This document shows, piece after piece, positions 46,370 to 56,925 of a DNA stretch of 64,000 nt. A model generated the notes under the pieces. That model did not search any database. It was not told where the DNA came from and worked only from the letters and a program-made list of their open reading frames with translations. Every line of letters starts with the position of its first letter. Position 1 is the first letter of the stretch. A program made the position numbers and the translations under genes. This DNA is from a virus. Location of the stretch: positions 28,943 through 92,942 of the IMG/VR virus record IMGVR_UViG_3300007513_002727; one strand, given 5' to 3'.

Positions 46370-46570
46370 ATGATCAAGAACTGGTTATTCTGGGCAATAC
46401 CTGAACAATATGCGATGAGGTATATGGTAACTTTATGGTTTATAATGTTTATTCTTCCTACATTTGTTCTTGGAGTACAATTTACAAGATTAGGATTTGT
46501 TATAAATTTATTATGGTATGATATTATATGGTACGGATGGATTAAATCCAAAGAAAGGAACGACAGATGA
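46370..46570 (+). CDS. Small membrane protein
   Basis: Two hydrophobic segments; in operon. Confidence 0.55.
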   Translation: MIKNWLFWAIPEQYAMRYMVTLWFIMFILPTFVLGVQFTRLGFVINLLWYDIIWYGWIKSKERNDR

Positions 46571-46791
46571 AAGCAATAGTATGGAGCAATATCGGATGTC
46601 ATTTTTGTGAACAAGCAAAAACATTATTAAAACAAAAAGGAATCGAATACGAAGAACGAAATTTAGCAAAGGACTGGAAAATACAAGATTTATTAGAAGC
46701 AGTACCAAATGCTAGAACTGTTCCACAAATATTCATTGACGACAAGTATATTGGTAGCTACGATAAACTGGTAGAATATTTAAAAAAATAA
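46567..46791 (+). CDS. grx: Glutaredoxin
   Basis: CHFC, RTVPQIFI and IGSY. Confidence 0.92.
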   Translation: MKAIVWSNIGCHFCEQAKTLLKQKGIEYEERNLAKDWKIQDLLEAVPNARTVPQIFIDDKYIGSYDKLVEYLKK

Positions 46792-48125
46792 TGCACTTTG
46801 ACTTTCCTATTGAAAAAATTAATTTTGACTTTGAAAAGCAAGGAAATTGTAATTTAAAAATTTATTGGAATGATCATGAAGTTAAAAATAATGTTATATG
46901 TGATTCTGATATAAAAGACAAAAATATATTAAAAGTTATTTTTACTAAAAACGATCCTACAGATACTAATTCGTTTGCAAAATTAAAAAGTTTTAAAATT
47001 AATAATGGAGATTTTACTACTTGGTTTTGTAAATTTGATTATAAAATTGATCAAACGCACCATAAAGATTCTAGAGAATTAATTGTTAATAACGGATATT
47101 TTGGTTATATAGGTAGTATGAAAATTAATATTAACCAATGTAATAGTCTTTTGAAAAAAGCGGCATGGACAATTGCAGATAGAAATTTTCTAAACCCAAA
47201 AGAACGTGGAAGAGGCAATTTATATCGTGAAAAAACATTTAATACTGTATATGATGATGCAAGATGGATGTATACCGGATCATGGCCTCCAAATGTAAAA
47301 GAAATGATCGATTATGTTGATCAATTTACAATAAAACAAACAAAACTACCAGTTATTTTTGAATCATTTAGAAAAGAAACAGAAACATGGTTAACAAAAT
47401 CAAATAGAGTAAAACTAAAAAACTTTGATAACTTTGATCATTTTTGCTTTGACAAAGGTATTTTAACTTTTATTAATAGTTTTTTATTAAGATATAACGT
47501 AATTTATAAACCACCAAAAATATATCAATTTGTAGGAGAAATATCAGAAAATAAAAACATAATTTATAAGGATATTTTTGGTGAGATTGAAAAGAACTCT
47601 ACAGTTTATTTAGAATTTCCAAGTCCGTGGTATGATAATAATAAACTTCTTGAAATTATAAAAGAAGCAAAAAGTAAAAATTGTTATACTGTTGTTGATT
47701 TAATTTGGTGCCCGGTTGCTCAAAATAAAATAGATTTAGACCTTGATTTATTTGATGAAGTATGGTTTAGTATGAATAAAACGTGGCCAATAAGCCATTT
47801 ACGTCCAGCAATTAGATGGTCAAAAAAACGTATTAATGATATTTCTACTTTTATTAATAAATGGGGATATTATCCAAAAGTTGAAGCAAACATATTTTTA
47901 AATTTAATTAAAAAATACAGTTATGATTTTATATTTGAAAAATATAAAGAAGATGCAAAAAGTATTTGTAAAACTTTTAATTTAAAACCAACTGAAGTAT
48001 TATGGTTTACAAAACATGAATCAGCACAACATAAAGAAAACAATTATATTACAAAACATTTCTTTTTAGATGATTTTATTTGTATAAGAAAATTATTAGA
48101 ACACAAAGGAGAATATTTCTGGTAG
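46791..48125 (+). CDS. PLP-aminotransferase-like protein with an N-terminal beta domain
   Basis: VYLEFPSP, VVDLIW and FSMNKTW...LR. The N-terminal domain resembles the ORFs at 55204 and 55794. Confidence 0.5.
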   Translation: MHFDFPIEKINFDFEKQGNCNLKIYWNDHEVKNNVICDSDIKDKNILKVIFTKNDPTDTNSFAKLKSFKINNGDFTTWFCKFDYKIDQTHHKDSRELIVNNGYFGYIGSMKININQCNSLLKKAAWTIADRNFLNPKERGRGNLYREKTFNTVYDDARWMYTGSWPPNVKEMIDYVDQFTIKQTKLPVIFESFRKETETWLTKSNRVKLKNFDNFDHFCFDKGILTFINSFLLRYNVIYKPPKIYQFVGEISENKNIIYKDIFGEIEKNSTVYLEFPSPWYDNNKLLEIIKEAKSKNCYTVVDLIWCPVAQNKIDLDLDLFDEVWFSMNKTWPISHLRPAIRWSKKRINDISTFINKWGYYPKVEANIFLNLIKKYSYDFIFEKYKEDAKSICKTFNLKPTEVLWFTKHESAQHKENNYITKHFFLDDFICIRKLLEHKGEYFW

Positions 48126-48154
48126 TTGACAACAACTAATAACTATTATAAAAT
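48126..48154 (+). promoter_or_regulatory. Sigma70-like promoter for thyX
   Basis: TTGACA-17-TAAAAT; ATG 7 nt downstream. Confidence 0.75.
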
Positions 48155-48161
48155 TAGATAA

Positions 48162-48797
48162 ATGAAAATTGAACTAATAGATACAATGGGTACAGACTTA
48201 ACAGTGGTAAATGCCGCTAGGGTTTCTTACGCAAAAACTAAAGAACAGTTTGAAGATAACGATGAAAAGTTAATTGCATTTTTGGCAAAACATAACCACT
48301 GGTCTCCGTTTGCACATACATCATTACAATTTAGAATTAAAGCACCTGTGTTTGTTGCAAGACAATTAGTTAAACACCAAGTTGGATTAAGTTGGAACGA
48401 AGTTAGCAGACGTTATGTAGACTTTCCACCTGAAGTATACAAACCAGAATCATGGAGAGGACGTCCTATTGATTCTAAACAAGGATCTGCAGGCACAGTA
48501 GATTTAGGACATACTGTTAATCATAACTTAGAAACAGTAACAGAAAGTTGTTTAATACTTTATAACACATTGATTGATAAAGGTGTTGCACCAGAACAAG
48601 CAAGAATGGTATTACCGCAATCAATGATGACTGAATGGTATTGGTCAGGAACGTTATATGCTTTTGCTAGAGTATGCAACTTAAGGTGTGCTAAAGACAC
48701 ACAAAAAGAAACACAAGACGTCGCGAATGCAATTGCGACGCATTGTAGCAAGGAATTTCCAATTAGTTGGAAGTACTTAATTGACAAACATACATAA
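48162..48797 (+). CDS. thyX: Flavin-dependent thymidylate synthase
   Basis: VVNAARVSY, HWSPF, RQLVKHQ..SWNEVSRRY and EQARMVLP. Confidence 0.97.
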   Translation: MKIELIDTMGTDLTVVNAARVSYAKTKEQFEDNDEKLIAFLAKHNHWSPFAHTSLQFRIKAPVFVARQLVKHQVGLSWNEVSRRYVDFPPEVYKPESWRGRPIDSKQGSAGTVDLGHTVNHNLETVTESCLILYNTLIDKGVAPEQARMVLPQSMMTEWYWSGTLYAFARVCNLRCAKDTQKETQDVANAIATHCSKEFPISWKYLIDKHT

Positions 48798-48808
48798 TAG
48801 TATATAAT
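48781..48808 (+). promoter_or_regulatory. Sigma70-like promoter for the suf operon
   Basis: TTGACA-16-TATAAT; ATG 8 nt downstream. Confidence 0.7.
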
Positions 48809-48816
48809 ATACACAA

Positions 48817-49023
48817 ATGATAAAAGAAGCACTTATAAAAAAACTAGAAGGCGATATTGCTAAAATAGAAGCTAACATTGTAACTTACCTAAGCAATCCT
48901 ATTTCTGTAGTAGCAGATCATATTGATTATATTACTCCTATTGAAAAGGAATTAGAAAAGTTATCTGCGGCGAAAGGTAAATTAGTATCTTTAAAAAATA
49001 TTAAATTTAAGTTAGATGAATGA
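48817..49023 (+). CDS. Small coiled-coil hypothetical protein
   Basis: [17 protein letters not shown]...YL.NP...H; first gene of the suf operon. Confidence 0.65.
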   Translation: MIKEALIKKLEGDIAKIEANIVTYLSNPISVVADHIDYITPIEKELEKLSAAKGKLVSLKNIKFKLDE

Positions 49024-50446
49024 TGTACTTCAAGACCGACTTAACAAAAAATATGATGCTGGGTTTACAACAAACGTTGAATCAGTAACATTACCTCCAG
49101 GCCTTAACGAAGACATAGTAACACAAATCTCAAAAATTAAAAAAGAACCTAAATGGTTGCTTGAATTTAGATTAAAAGCATACCAACGATGGAAAATTTT
49201 AAAACAGCCTGATTGGGCAAATCTTAATATTAAACCTATAGACTATCAAGCAATATCATATTACTCAGCACCAAAGCCAGGTCCTAAATCATATGATGAT
49301 GTAGATCCTGAAATTAAAAAAGACTTTGAAAAGTTAGGCATACCATTAGCAGAAAGAGCCGCACTAGCAGGTGTAGCCGTTGATGCAGTATTTGATTCTG
49401 TATCTATTGCAACTACATTCAAAGATAAGTTAGCAGAACTAGGAATTATATTTTGTTCATTCTCAGAAGCAGTACAAAAACATCCTGATCTAGTAAAAAA
49501 ATATATGGGCTCTGTTATTCCAATTACAGACAATTATTTTGCAACATTAAATTCTGCTGTCTTTACAGATGGAACTTTTGTTTATGTTCCTAAAGGAGTA
49601 AGATGTCCTATGGAACTATCTACATACTTTAGAATCAATGCGGCTAACACAGGACAATTTGAACGGACTTTAATTATAGCTGACGAAGGAAGTTATGTAA
49701 GTTATTTAGAAGGCTGTACTGCACCAATAAGAAAAGAAAGTCAATTACACGCCGCCAACGTAGAACTTGTAGCATTAGATGATGCAGAAATAAAATATTC
49801 AACAGTACAAAATTGGTACCCAGGAGATAAAGATGGCAAAGGCGGCATATACAATTTTGTAACTAAACGTGGAAAATGTAAAGGAACAAACTCAAAAATT
49901 TCTTGGACACAAGTAGAAACAGGATCAGCTATTACTTGGAAGTATCCAAGTTGTATATTACAAGGAGATAATTCTACTGGTGAATTTTATTCTGTTGCTG
50001 TAACAAACAATTATCAACAAGCAGATACAGGTACTAAAATGATACACCTAGGCAAAAATACAAAATCAACTATTGTATCTAAAGGAATTTCGTTAGGACA
50101 CTCATCAAATACATATAGAGGTTTAGTAAAAATTAATAAAAATGCTGACAATTCAAAAAACTTTACTCAATGCGATTCATTAATGCTAGGTAATAATTGT
50201 TCTGCTAGAACTATACCATATATTGAAAATAAAAATGTATCTAGTAATTGCAGTCACGAAGCAACTACATCCAAAATTAATGATGAACAATTATTTTATG
50301 CAAGGCAACGTGGACTAGACGAAGAAAATGCTACTAATTTAATTGTAGCAGGATTCTGTAAACAAGTATTTCAAAACTTACCTATGGAGTTTGCAGTAGA
50401 AGCCAATAAACTATTAGAAGTTAGTATGGAAGGAGCAGTTGGATAA
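49016..50446 (+). CDS. sufB: Fe-S cluster assembly protein SufB
   Basis: [36 protein letters not shown] and MEFAVEA. Confidence 0.97.
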   Translation: MNDVLQDRLNKKYDAGFTTNVESVTLPPGLNEDIVTQISKIKKEPKWLLEFRLKAYQRWKILKQPDWANLNIKPIDYQAISYYSAPKPGPKSYDDVDPEIKKDFEKLGIPLAERAALAGVAVDAVFDSVSIATTFKDKLAELGIIFCSFSEAVQKHPDLVKKYMGSVIPITDNYFATLNSAVFTDGTFVYVPKGVRCPMELSTYFRINAANTGQFERTLIIADEGSYVSYLEGCTAPIRKESQLHAANVELVALDDAEIKYSTVQNWYPGDKDGKGGIYNFVTKRGKCKGTNSKISWTQVETGSAITWKYPSCILQGDNSTGEFYSVAVTNNYQQADTGTKMIHLGKNTKSTIVSKGISLGHSSNTYRGLVKINKNADNSKNFTQCDSLMLGNNCSARTIPYIENKNVSSNCSHEATTSKINDEQLFYARQRGLDEENATNLIVAGFCKQVFQNLPMEFAVEANKLLEVSMEGAVG

Positions 50447-50874
50447 TGGCAAATAGATTTCATTTAGCAATACCGGCTGGAGATATAGATACGTCAATAA
50501 AATTTTATTGTGACATATTAGGCTGTAAAAGAGGTATGGCAGAATTTAAGTATCCAGATGCTTGGGCAGACATTGACTTTTGGGGCAACGAATTAACACT
50601 ACACGCAACAGATCCTAACAAAAAAAATATAGGTGAAAGACACAATGTAGATATGGGTAATGTATCTGTTCCTCACTTTGGTGTGCATTTAGACGCACAA
50701 ACATTTAAAAATGTAAAAGAAAGACTAATACAAAATAATATAAAATTTATAGATCCACCTTTTATAAGATTTAAAGGTGAAAGCAGAGAACAGGAAACAA
50801 TGTTTATCGAAGACCCAAATGGCAACTGCTTAGAAATTAAAACAATGAGGAATCCTGATGAATTATTCAAATAA
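50446..50874 (+). CDS. VOC/glyoxalase-family metalloprotein
   Basis: FHLAIP, DFWGNELTLH, VPHFGV and EDPNGNCLEIK. Confidence 0.9.
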   Translation: MANRFHLAIPAGDIDTSIKFYCDILGCKRGMAEFKYPDAWADIDFWGNELTLHATDPNKKNIGERHNVDMGNVSVPHFGVHLDAQTFKNVKERLIQNNIKFIDPPFIRFKGESREQETMFIEDPNGNCLEIKTMRNPDELFK

Positions 50875-51265
50875 ACTTACAGAATATAAAAATAATATCG
50901 AAGCCTTACAAGAAATCGATAATTTAGAAGTTTATAGATGGTTAATTTCACTTGGTGCAAAGTTAGACGATGATCCTTTAAGTGAAGAAAAACGTATTGA
51001 CAAAAATAAAGTTAGTCGTTGTCAATTTGACTTATACGTTGATTTTGAAGATGGCAAATTTAAAGCATGGAGTAATGCCGCAATAGCAGGTGGCTATGCT
51101 TATATATTGTTAGATATTTTTAATTCACTACCTCCAACAACAAAAATTACAGTAGAAGATTTTCAACAAATTAAACTAGACAAACTATTAACAATGAATA
51201 GAACAACCGGCTTCTATCAAATGATTGAAATGATTATAAAGAAAATACAAAATGCTAAAAATTAA
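50858..51265 (+). CDS. sufE: SufE-like sulfur acceptor
   Basis: YRWLISLGAKL...NKVSRCQ...S.AAIAGG...LTMNRTTG. Confidence 0.8.
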   Translation: MNYSNKLTEYKNNIEALQEIDNLEVYRWLISLGAKLDDDPLSEEKRIDKNKVSRCQFDLYVDFEDGKFKAWSNAAIAGGYAYILLDIFNSLPPTTKITVEDFQQIKLDKLLTMNRTTGFYQMIEMIIKKIQNAKN

Positions 51266-51989
51266 AAATTTAAAAGTATCAATTAATAATAAAGAAATAA
51301 TAAAAGATTTAAATCTTGAAATTAAACAAGGCGAGATTCATGCCCTCATGGGTCCAAACGGTTCTGGCAAAAGTACTTTGTCTAATGTTTTAGCTGGAAA
51401 AGATGGCTATAATGTTACAGGAGAGATACTTTACAAAGGAGAAGATCTTTTAAAAATGTCAATAGAAGAAAGAGCAAGAAAAGGATTGTTTATGGCTTTT
51501 CAATATCCTATAGAAATTCCTGGTGTTAATACAATTAATTTTTTAAAAAGTTCTTTAAATGTGGTTCGAAAATCTAATAAAAAAGAAGCAATAGATACTT
51601 TTGAATTTTTAGATTTAGTAAAAGAAAAAGCTAAAGCTCTTAATGTTAATGGTTCTATACTTAATAGACATCTAAACGTAGGGTTCTCGGGTGGAGAAAA
51701 AAAGAAAAATGAAATATTACAAATGTCTGTTTTAGAACCTATGTTTGCTATTTTGGACGAAACAGATTCTGGATTAGACATTGATTCTTTAAAAATAATT
51801 TCTAATGGTATTAATTCTTTAAGAAGTATATGTAGATCTTTTTTAATTATTACACACTATCAACGTTTATTAGAACACATTAAACCAGACTTTGTTCACG
51901 TACTTGCAGATGGAAAAATAATCAAAACTGGTTGCAGTGAATTAGCTGAAGAATTAGACAAAGTAGGATATGGAGATAAAAATAGTTAG
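51252..51989 (+). CDS. sufC: Fe-S assembly ATPase SufC
   Basis: GPNGSGKST, AFQYPIEIPG, GFSGGEKK, LDETDSGLDID and ITHYQRLL. Confidence 0.97.
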   Translation: MLKIKNLKVSINNKEIIKDLNLEIKQGEIHALMGPNGSGKSTLSNVLAGKDGYNVTGEILYKGEDLLKMSIEERARKGLFMAFQYPIEIPGVNTINFLKSSLNVVRKSNKKEAIDTFEFLDLVKEKAKALNVNGSILNRHLNVGFSGGEKKKNEILQMSVLEPMFAILDETDSGLDIDSLKIISNGINSLRSICRSFLIITHYQRLLEHIKPDFVHVLADGKIIKTGCSELAEELDKVGYGDKNS

Positions 51990-53643
51990 AATAGTTCTAA
52001 TATTATTCTTTGCATGGATTACTACGATTCAAGCAGAGATTGTAACAATAGAAAAACGTGGTGTTGCAGATGATATTATAACTTGTGAATGGGAAAACCA
52101 AGCAGGTGTTCCTTGTGTTACAATTAGCAAATCATTACCCAATTCAAATGCAATATCAGATAAAGTTTCTCCCACAACTGTAATCACTAAAAAACAAATT
52201 GAAGAAAATAATTTAATTGACTTACCTAAAGTTTTAAATTTTGTTAATGGTATCAATGTAACACAATCTGGATCAACTGGACAACAAACGTCTGTGTTTA
52301 TGAGAGGTACAAACTCAAACCATACATTAGTTTTATTAAATGGCATACCTATTAATGATTTTTCTACTCCAACAGGAGCATTTGACTTTGGACAAGACTT
52401 TATGTCTACTGTTACGCAAGTTGAAGTTTATAAAGGAAGTGCTGGTGCTCACTTCGGTGCTGATGCTATTGGTGGTGCTATTAATTTTGTAACTACTGTT
52501 GACTATGAAAACAAATTTTCAGTTGGTGGCAATGGTGACAGTAAAACTATACAAGGAAATTACACAAAAGTTTTAAACGACTGGCATATAAACGTACAAG
52601 GTGGAACACACGAATCTGAAACAGTATCAGCATTATCAGGTGGTGCTGAAACAGATGGAACTAAAAATAAATCAATTGGCGTTAATATTATAAAATGGTT
52701 TTCAGACAAATTAAAATTTAGATCTAGTTTGTTTACACGAAACACATTTACAGAGTTAGATGGACATTCGTTGGCTATTGAAAATGGATTTAGCGATAAT
52801 TCGTTTTATGCTTTTCAAACCGGATTTGATTATATAACTAAAGACTCCATCAACTCCCTAACACTTCATACACACGAATACGATAGAGAATATGAGTCTG
52901 ACAATTACAATTCTAAATCTTATACTATCAGAACAGAACACCAAACTAAAAAGTATGGATTAGGATTTGATTACAAATACGATCAATCACTAACTGCTGA
53001 TAATGATAATGTTGGCTTATTTGGAAATTTTAATTACAACATTTTTTCATTTCATGCAAGAAAAGATAATGACAACGATAGTTATAAAGTAGGATTTTTT
53101 AAAGAGATAGCACCTAACTTTAATATTAGAGGTAACCATTCAACAGGATATAAAAATACAACTCTTTATACACTAGAAGAACAAAGTAATTCAAACGAAT
53201 TAAGTTTTGATTATAATGATTTGACATTATCTCTTTTTCAATCTGATATTGGTGATTTAAACACAGATGGCGTAGAACTATCTTATAATATTGACAACTT
53301 TACAATATATGGATCACATTTAAACAGTAAGAAAAATGATACAATTCAATTAAGACGTCCTGAATGGATTCTTGGTGTTAATCATAATACACTATTACCT
53401 GACAATTTCCAATTAATTACAAATTACAAATTTGTAGGAGAGCATCTAGACGTACATAATTCCAATTGGTCTACTATTCCTATGCCAGAAACACACTTAT
53501 TAGACATAGGTATAACAAAAAACTATTGGGGTTACGAGTTAGGTTTAAATATTAATAACATATTAGATGAAGATTATGAAGCACCACATGGTTTTAGTCA
53601 AAATGGTCGAAACCTTAATTTTATCTTTAAAAGAAAATTCTAA
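51970..53643 (+). CDS. TonB-dependent outer-membrane receptor (BtuB-like plug)
   Basis: Plug GQQTSVFMRGTNSNHTLVLLNG...VEVYKGS...GADAIGGAIN; NNILDEDY; C-terminal Phe. Confidence 0.9.
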   Translation: MEIKIVRIVLILFFAWITTIQAEIVTIEKRGVADDIITCEWENQAGVPCVTISKSLPNSNAISDKVSPTTVITKKQIEENNLIDLPKVLNFVNGINVTQSGSTGQQTSVFMRGTNSNHTLVLLNGIPINDFSTPTGAFDFGQDFMSTVTQVEVYKGSAGAHFGADAIGGAINFVTTVDYENKFSVGGNGDSKTIQGNYTKVLNDWHINVQGGTHESETVSALSGGAETDGTKNKSIGVNIIKWFSDKLKFRSSLFTRNTFTELDGHSLAIENGFSDNSFYAFQTGFDYITKDSINSLTLHTHEYDREYESDNYNSKSYTIRTEHQTKKYGLGFDYKYDQSLTADNDNVGLFGNFNYNIFSFHARKDNDNDSYKVGFFKEIAPNFNIRGNHSTGYKNTTLYTLEEQSNSNELSFDYNDLTLSLFQSDIGDLNTDGVELSYNIDNFTIYGSHLNSKKNDTIQLRRPEWILGVNHNTLLPDNFQLITNYKFVGEHLDVHNSNWSTIPMPETHLLDIGITKNYWGYELGLNINNILDEDYEAPHGFSQNGRNLNFIFKRKF

Positions 53644-53659
53644 TCTGTTATAATATAGT

Positions 53660-55204
53660 ATGAAACGAGTAGCACTCTTAATAGCACCACGAATACAAGA
53701 TGATTTTGGTTATACTCCTGCAGGTCCGGCTTTAGTAAAAGGATCAATTAAAAAAGCAGGACATGACTGTAAAATTTTTGATTTTAACAGTGATCTTGAA
53801 AGAGAATATCAAGATTCAGAAATAGTTCCAATTGATAATTGGTTTATGAATCACAATTTCTATTCTGATAAAATCTATAAAAAAATACATGCTTTAATAG
53901 ACAAGTGGACTGATGACGTCTTACAGTATGCACCAACCGACGTCGGAATAAGTGTATTTTCGTACAACAGTCAACGAGCAACTATAATGCTGGCAACAAC
54001 CTTAAAAAGTAAAAATCCAGATATAAAAGTTTTTATTGGTGGAGCAGGATTAAACACTGATAACAAGTTTGGCAAATATTGTATGGATGAAAAAATTATT
54101 GACTGCTGGATACGTGGAGAGGGTGAACTATCAGTTCTAGCATATCTAGAAGGAAATCTTTCACATCCTGGACTTAATGGAATTCCACCAAAACAAATAG
54201 ACAACATTGACGATTTAGAATTTCCTGATTACAGTGATTATGAACTAGCCTCATATACTAACAAAAAAGGATTAGTTGCTTTACCTATTACAGGATCTAG
54301 AGGTTGTGTTAGAGCCTGTACATTTTGTGATATTGCAAGTATGTGGCCAAAATATAAATTTAGATCAGGTAAAAGTATTGCAAAAGAAATTAAAACACAG
54401 GTTAAGAAGTATGGTGCTAAAGCATTTAGATTTACCGATAGTTTAATTAATGGTTCAATGAAAGCATTTAGAGATATGACATACGAACTATCTAAATTTA
54501 GAATGGCTATAAAACCTGAAGATAGATTTATTTGGGATTCTCACTTTATTGTAAGAAATGAAAAACAAATGCCACCTCAGGACTTTAAAGTAATGGCAGA
54601 GTCTGGTGCAGGAACTTTACTAATAGGAGTAGAATCTGGATCAGCAAAAGTAAGAGAACATATGAAAAAAGGTTATACTGACGAAGATTTACATTACAGT
54701 CTCGAACAAATATTTAAAAACAATATTAAAGTAAGATTTTTAATGATAATAGGGTACCCTACTGAAACAGAAGAGGACTTTCAACAAACATTAGACTTTT
54801 TTAATAGGTATGCTGAATATGGTCGCCAAGGATTAGTTGAGGAAGTAAATTTAGGACTTACTTTAAATCTTTTACCTAACACACCTTTATATGATAATGC
54901 TGAAAAGTTTGGACTTGATACAACAAAAGATCACATAAATGATTGGATATGTACTCAAAACCCAACATTAGATTTTAAAGAACGATTAAAAAGAAGAATA
55001 AATGCTCAACACTATGTTGAAAACTTAGGTTATAAAGTTTTTGAATCTAAAAATTATACTAGAGCATTGTCAATTGCTTGGAACGAAGTTAGTAAAATAC
55101 AAATAGATAACACTATTAAAATTGATGCTAGTAAAATAAAATTTGATAGAGAAAAAGGAATATTGGAACAGTCACCAGACTTTGATCCATTAAGAACTTA
55201 TTAA
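53660..55204 (+). CDS. B12-binding domain radical SAM protein (class B-like)
   Basis: N-terminal cobalamin domain (VGISVF...IGG...RGEGE); SRGCVRACTFC; GVESGS; IGYPTETEEDF. Confidence 0.9.
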   Translation: MKRVALLIAPRIQDDFGYTPAGPALVKGSIKKAGHDCKIFDFNSDLEREYQDSEIVPIDNWFMNHNFYSDKIYKKIHALIDKWTDDVLQYAPTDVGISVFSYNSQRATIMLATTLKSKNPDIKVFIGGAGLNTDNKFGKYCMDEKIIDCWIRGEGELSVLAYLEGNLSHPGLNGIPPKQIDNIDDLEFPDYSDYELASYTNKKGLVALPITGSRGCVRACTFCDIASMWPKYKFRSGKSIAKEIKTQVKKYGAKAFRFTDSLINGSMKAFRDMTYELSKFRMAIKPEDRFIWDSHFIVRNEKQMPPQDFKVMAESGAGTLLIGVESGSAKVREHMKKGYTDEDLHYSLEQIFKNNIKVRFLMIIGYPTETEEDFQQTLDFFNRYAEYGRQGLVEEVNLGLTLNLLPNTPLYDNAEKFGLDTTKDHINDWICTQNPTLDFKERLKRRINAQHYVENLGYKVFESKNYTRALSIAWNEVSKIQIDNTIKIDASKIKFDREKGILEQSPDFDPLRTY

Positions 55205-55797
55205 TGAAAATTCAAATTATTATAGAACCAACATTTAGTAAACAATGGCCTAAATTAAGAATAAGGTTAAATGATACTGACTGGTTTAATGATTTTTGTA
55301 AACCCAATGAAGGAAAACATTTTGTTTTAACAATGTATCCTGAAGAAATTAACCTTCAAGACTCTAATGCAATATCAATTAAACATTATGATAAATCTAG
55401 AAACGATACAATAGTTGACAAAGAAGGCAATATTGAAAAAGATAGAGCAATAATATTAAAATCAATATCTTTTAACGACTTAAAAGTACCAGAAGTTATT
55501 CTATACAAACAACGTTTCTTTCCTGACTGGCCTGATCAACCATTCTACACCACGAACAATTTATATTTTGGATACAATGGGGAATATTTTTATAATTTTA
55601 AAAAAGATGTTAACAAAATGTACTATGAAAATTTAATACAAAAAGAATTACTAGCAAATATTAATAATAAAAAAATTATGACTTTACCAAGTGGAGAGGA
55701 AATAGAAAGTTTTGAATTTACAGGAAAATTAGTTAGTGGTAGCGAAAAAGAAAACATTACCTTAGATGAATTGTATAACATAGTTAATAAAAAATGA
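55204..55797 (+). CDS. Hypothetical beta-domain protein
   Basis: WPKLRIRLND...KHYDK..NDT...ILKSI...NNLYFGYNG. Confidence 0.6.
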   Translation: MKIQIIIEPTFSKQWPKLRIRLNDTDWFNDFCKPNEGKHFVLTMYPEEINLQDSNAISIKHYDKSRNDTIVDKEGNIEKDRAIILKSISFNDLKVPEVILYKQRFFPDWPDQPFYTTNNLYFGYNGEYFYNFKKDVNKMYYENLIQKELLANINNKKIMTLPSGEEIESFEFTGKLVSGSEKENITLDELYNIVNKK

Positions 55798-56210
55798 AAA
55801 TAAAATTAAATTTAGAAACCGAATATAATAAAACTGCTCCACAATGTAGAATTTTTAGTCTAAAAGATTCTGAAACTGTTCAACTTGAAAAAGAATCAGT
55901 TGTAGAATTAGATTTTAACTTACAAAATAAAGATACACTATCAATAAATTTTTTTAATAAAGATGGAGTTGACGATAATGTAATTAAAATTAATGAAATA
56001 CATATCGATGATATTAATATACAACATTTTATATACAATAGTACATTTTTTCCAGAATATAATGAAAATTGGTATGCTGAACAAGTTGTAAAGCCTCCTA
56101 AGTTTTATTCTCCTTGTACAGAATTGCGACACAATGGTATATGGATTTTAAATATTACTACACCCATATGGAAAATGATGATGAACGAATGGATTAAAGA
56201 TGACAGATAA
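55794..56210 (+). CDS. Hypothetical beta-domain protein, paralog of 55204
   Basis: LSINFFNKD...IKINEIHIDDI...HNGIW. Confidence 0.6.
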   Translation: MKIKLNLETEYNKTAPQCRIFSLKDSETVQLEKESVVELDFNLQNKDTLSINFFNKDGVDDNVIKINEIHIDDINIQHFIYNSTFFPEYNENWYAEQVVKPPKFYSPCTELRHNGIWILNITTPIWKMMMNEWIKDDR

Positions 56211-56925
56211 TATTCCAAAATTACTACAAGATGCAATTAACGAAAACACTTACGACATCGATGTAATAACAAAGAATTTAAAACTGCCATGGCTTAAACT
56301 AGATCTCAAATTTGATCAACCTACTGACAAAGACATTAATGAATTGATTGCTACTGACGATTGGCGTAAAAAATGGAACTTTACAGGTTTAGAAAAGAAT
56401 GCATATCAAGTAAAAAATTGGAATGGTAATATTTTCTTTGGTCCTAAAGATTTCCAAAACTTTTTAAAAATATCTAACGACTTAGAACACGACCATGATG
56501 AAGATAGTAAATGTAGATTTTTTAGAAACAAAATAGAATACGATTGGTACGTTGATTCTAATAATTTTACAAGACAACAAGTTGAAAAATTACTTCCAGA
56601 TGTTAATGACATTAATATAGTAAATTCTTATACACTTCCACCCGGAGGATACGTATTTCCGCATAGAGATTATGCTATTGATAAAATGGGTCTTGCAAAA
56701 TTATATGTTGCAATCAAATGGGGTGATGGTAATATTTTTGGACAATATGGCTGTGGTAATATTCCTATAAACGAAGGTGATATATTTTTAATTAACAATT
56801 ACACTCTTCCACATTGGGTTTATAATGGCAGTAAAGAAAACAGAATTGTAATTGATATAAGTGCTAATTTAAATTCTCCAAACATTAAAGAAAGTATTAT
56901 TAGGGCATTTAAAAAATGGAAATAA
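56200..56925 (+). CDS. Aspartyl/asparaginyl beta-hydroxylase-like Fe(II)/2OG dioxygenase
   Basis: LPPGGYVFPHRD...PHWVYNGSKENRI. Confidence 0.8.
   Translation: MTDNIPKLLQDAINENTYDIDVITKNLKLPWLKLDLKFDQPTDKDINELIATDDWRKKWNFTGLEKNAYQVKNWNGNIFFGPKDFQNFLKISNDLEHDHDEDSKCRFFRNKIEYDWYVDSNNFTRQQVEKLLPDVNDINIVNSYTLPPGGYVFPHRDYAIDKMGLAKLYVAIKWGDGNIFGQYGCGNIPINEGDIFLINNYTLPHWVYNGSKENRIVIDISANLNSPNIKESIIRAFKKWK

Noticed and set aside
51900-53660. Cobalamin riboswitch for the BtuB-like receptor or B12 radical SAM
   Set aside because: No intergenic space and no B12-box consensus seen.
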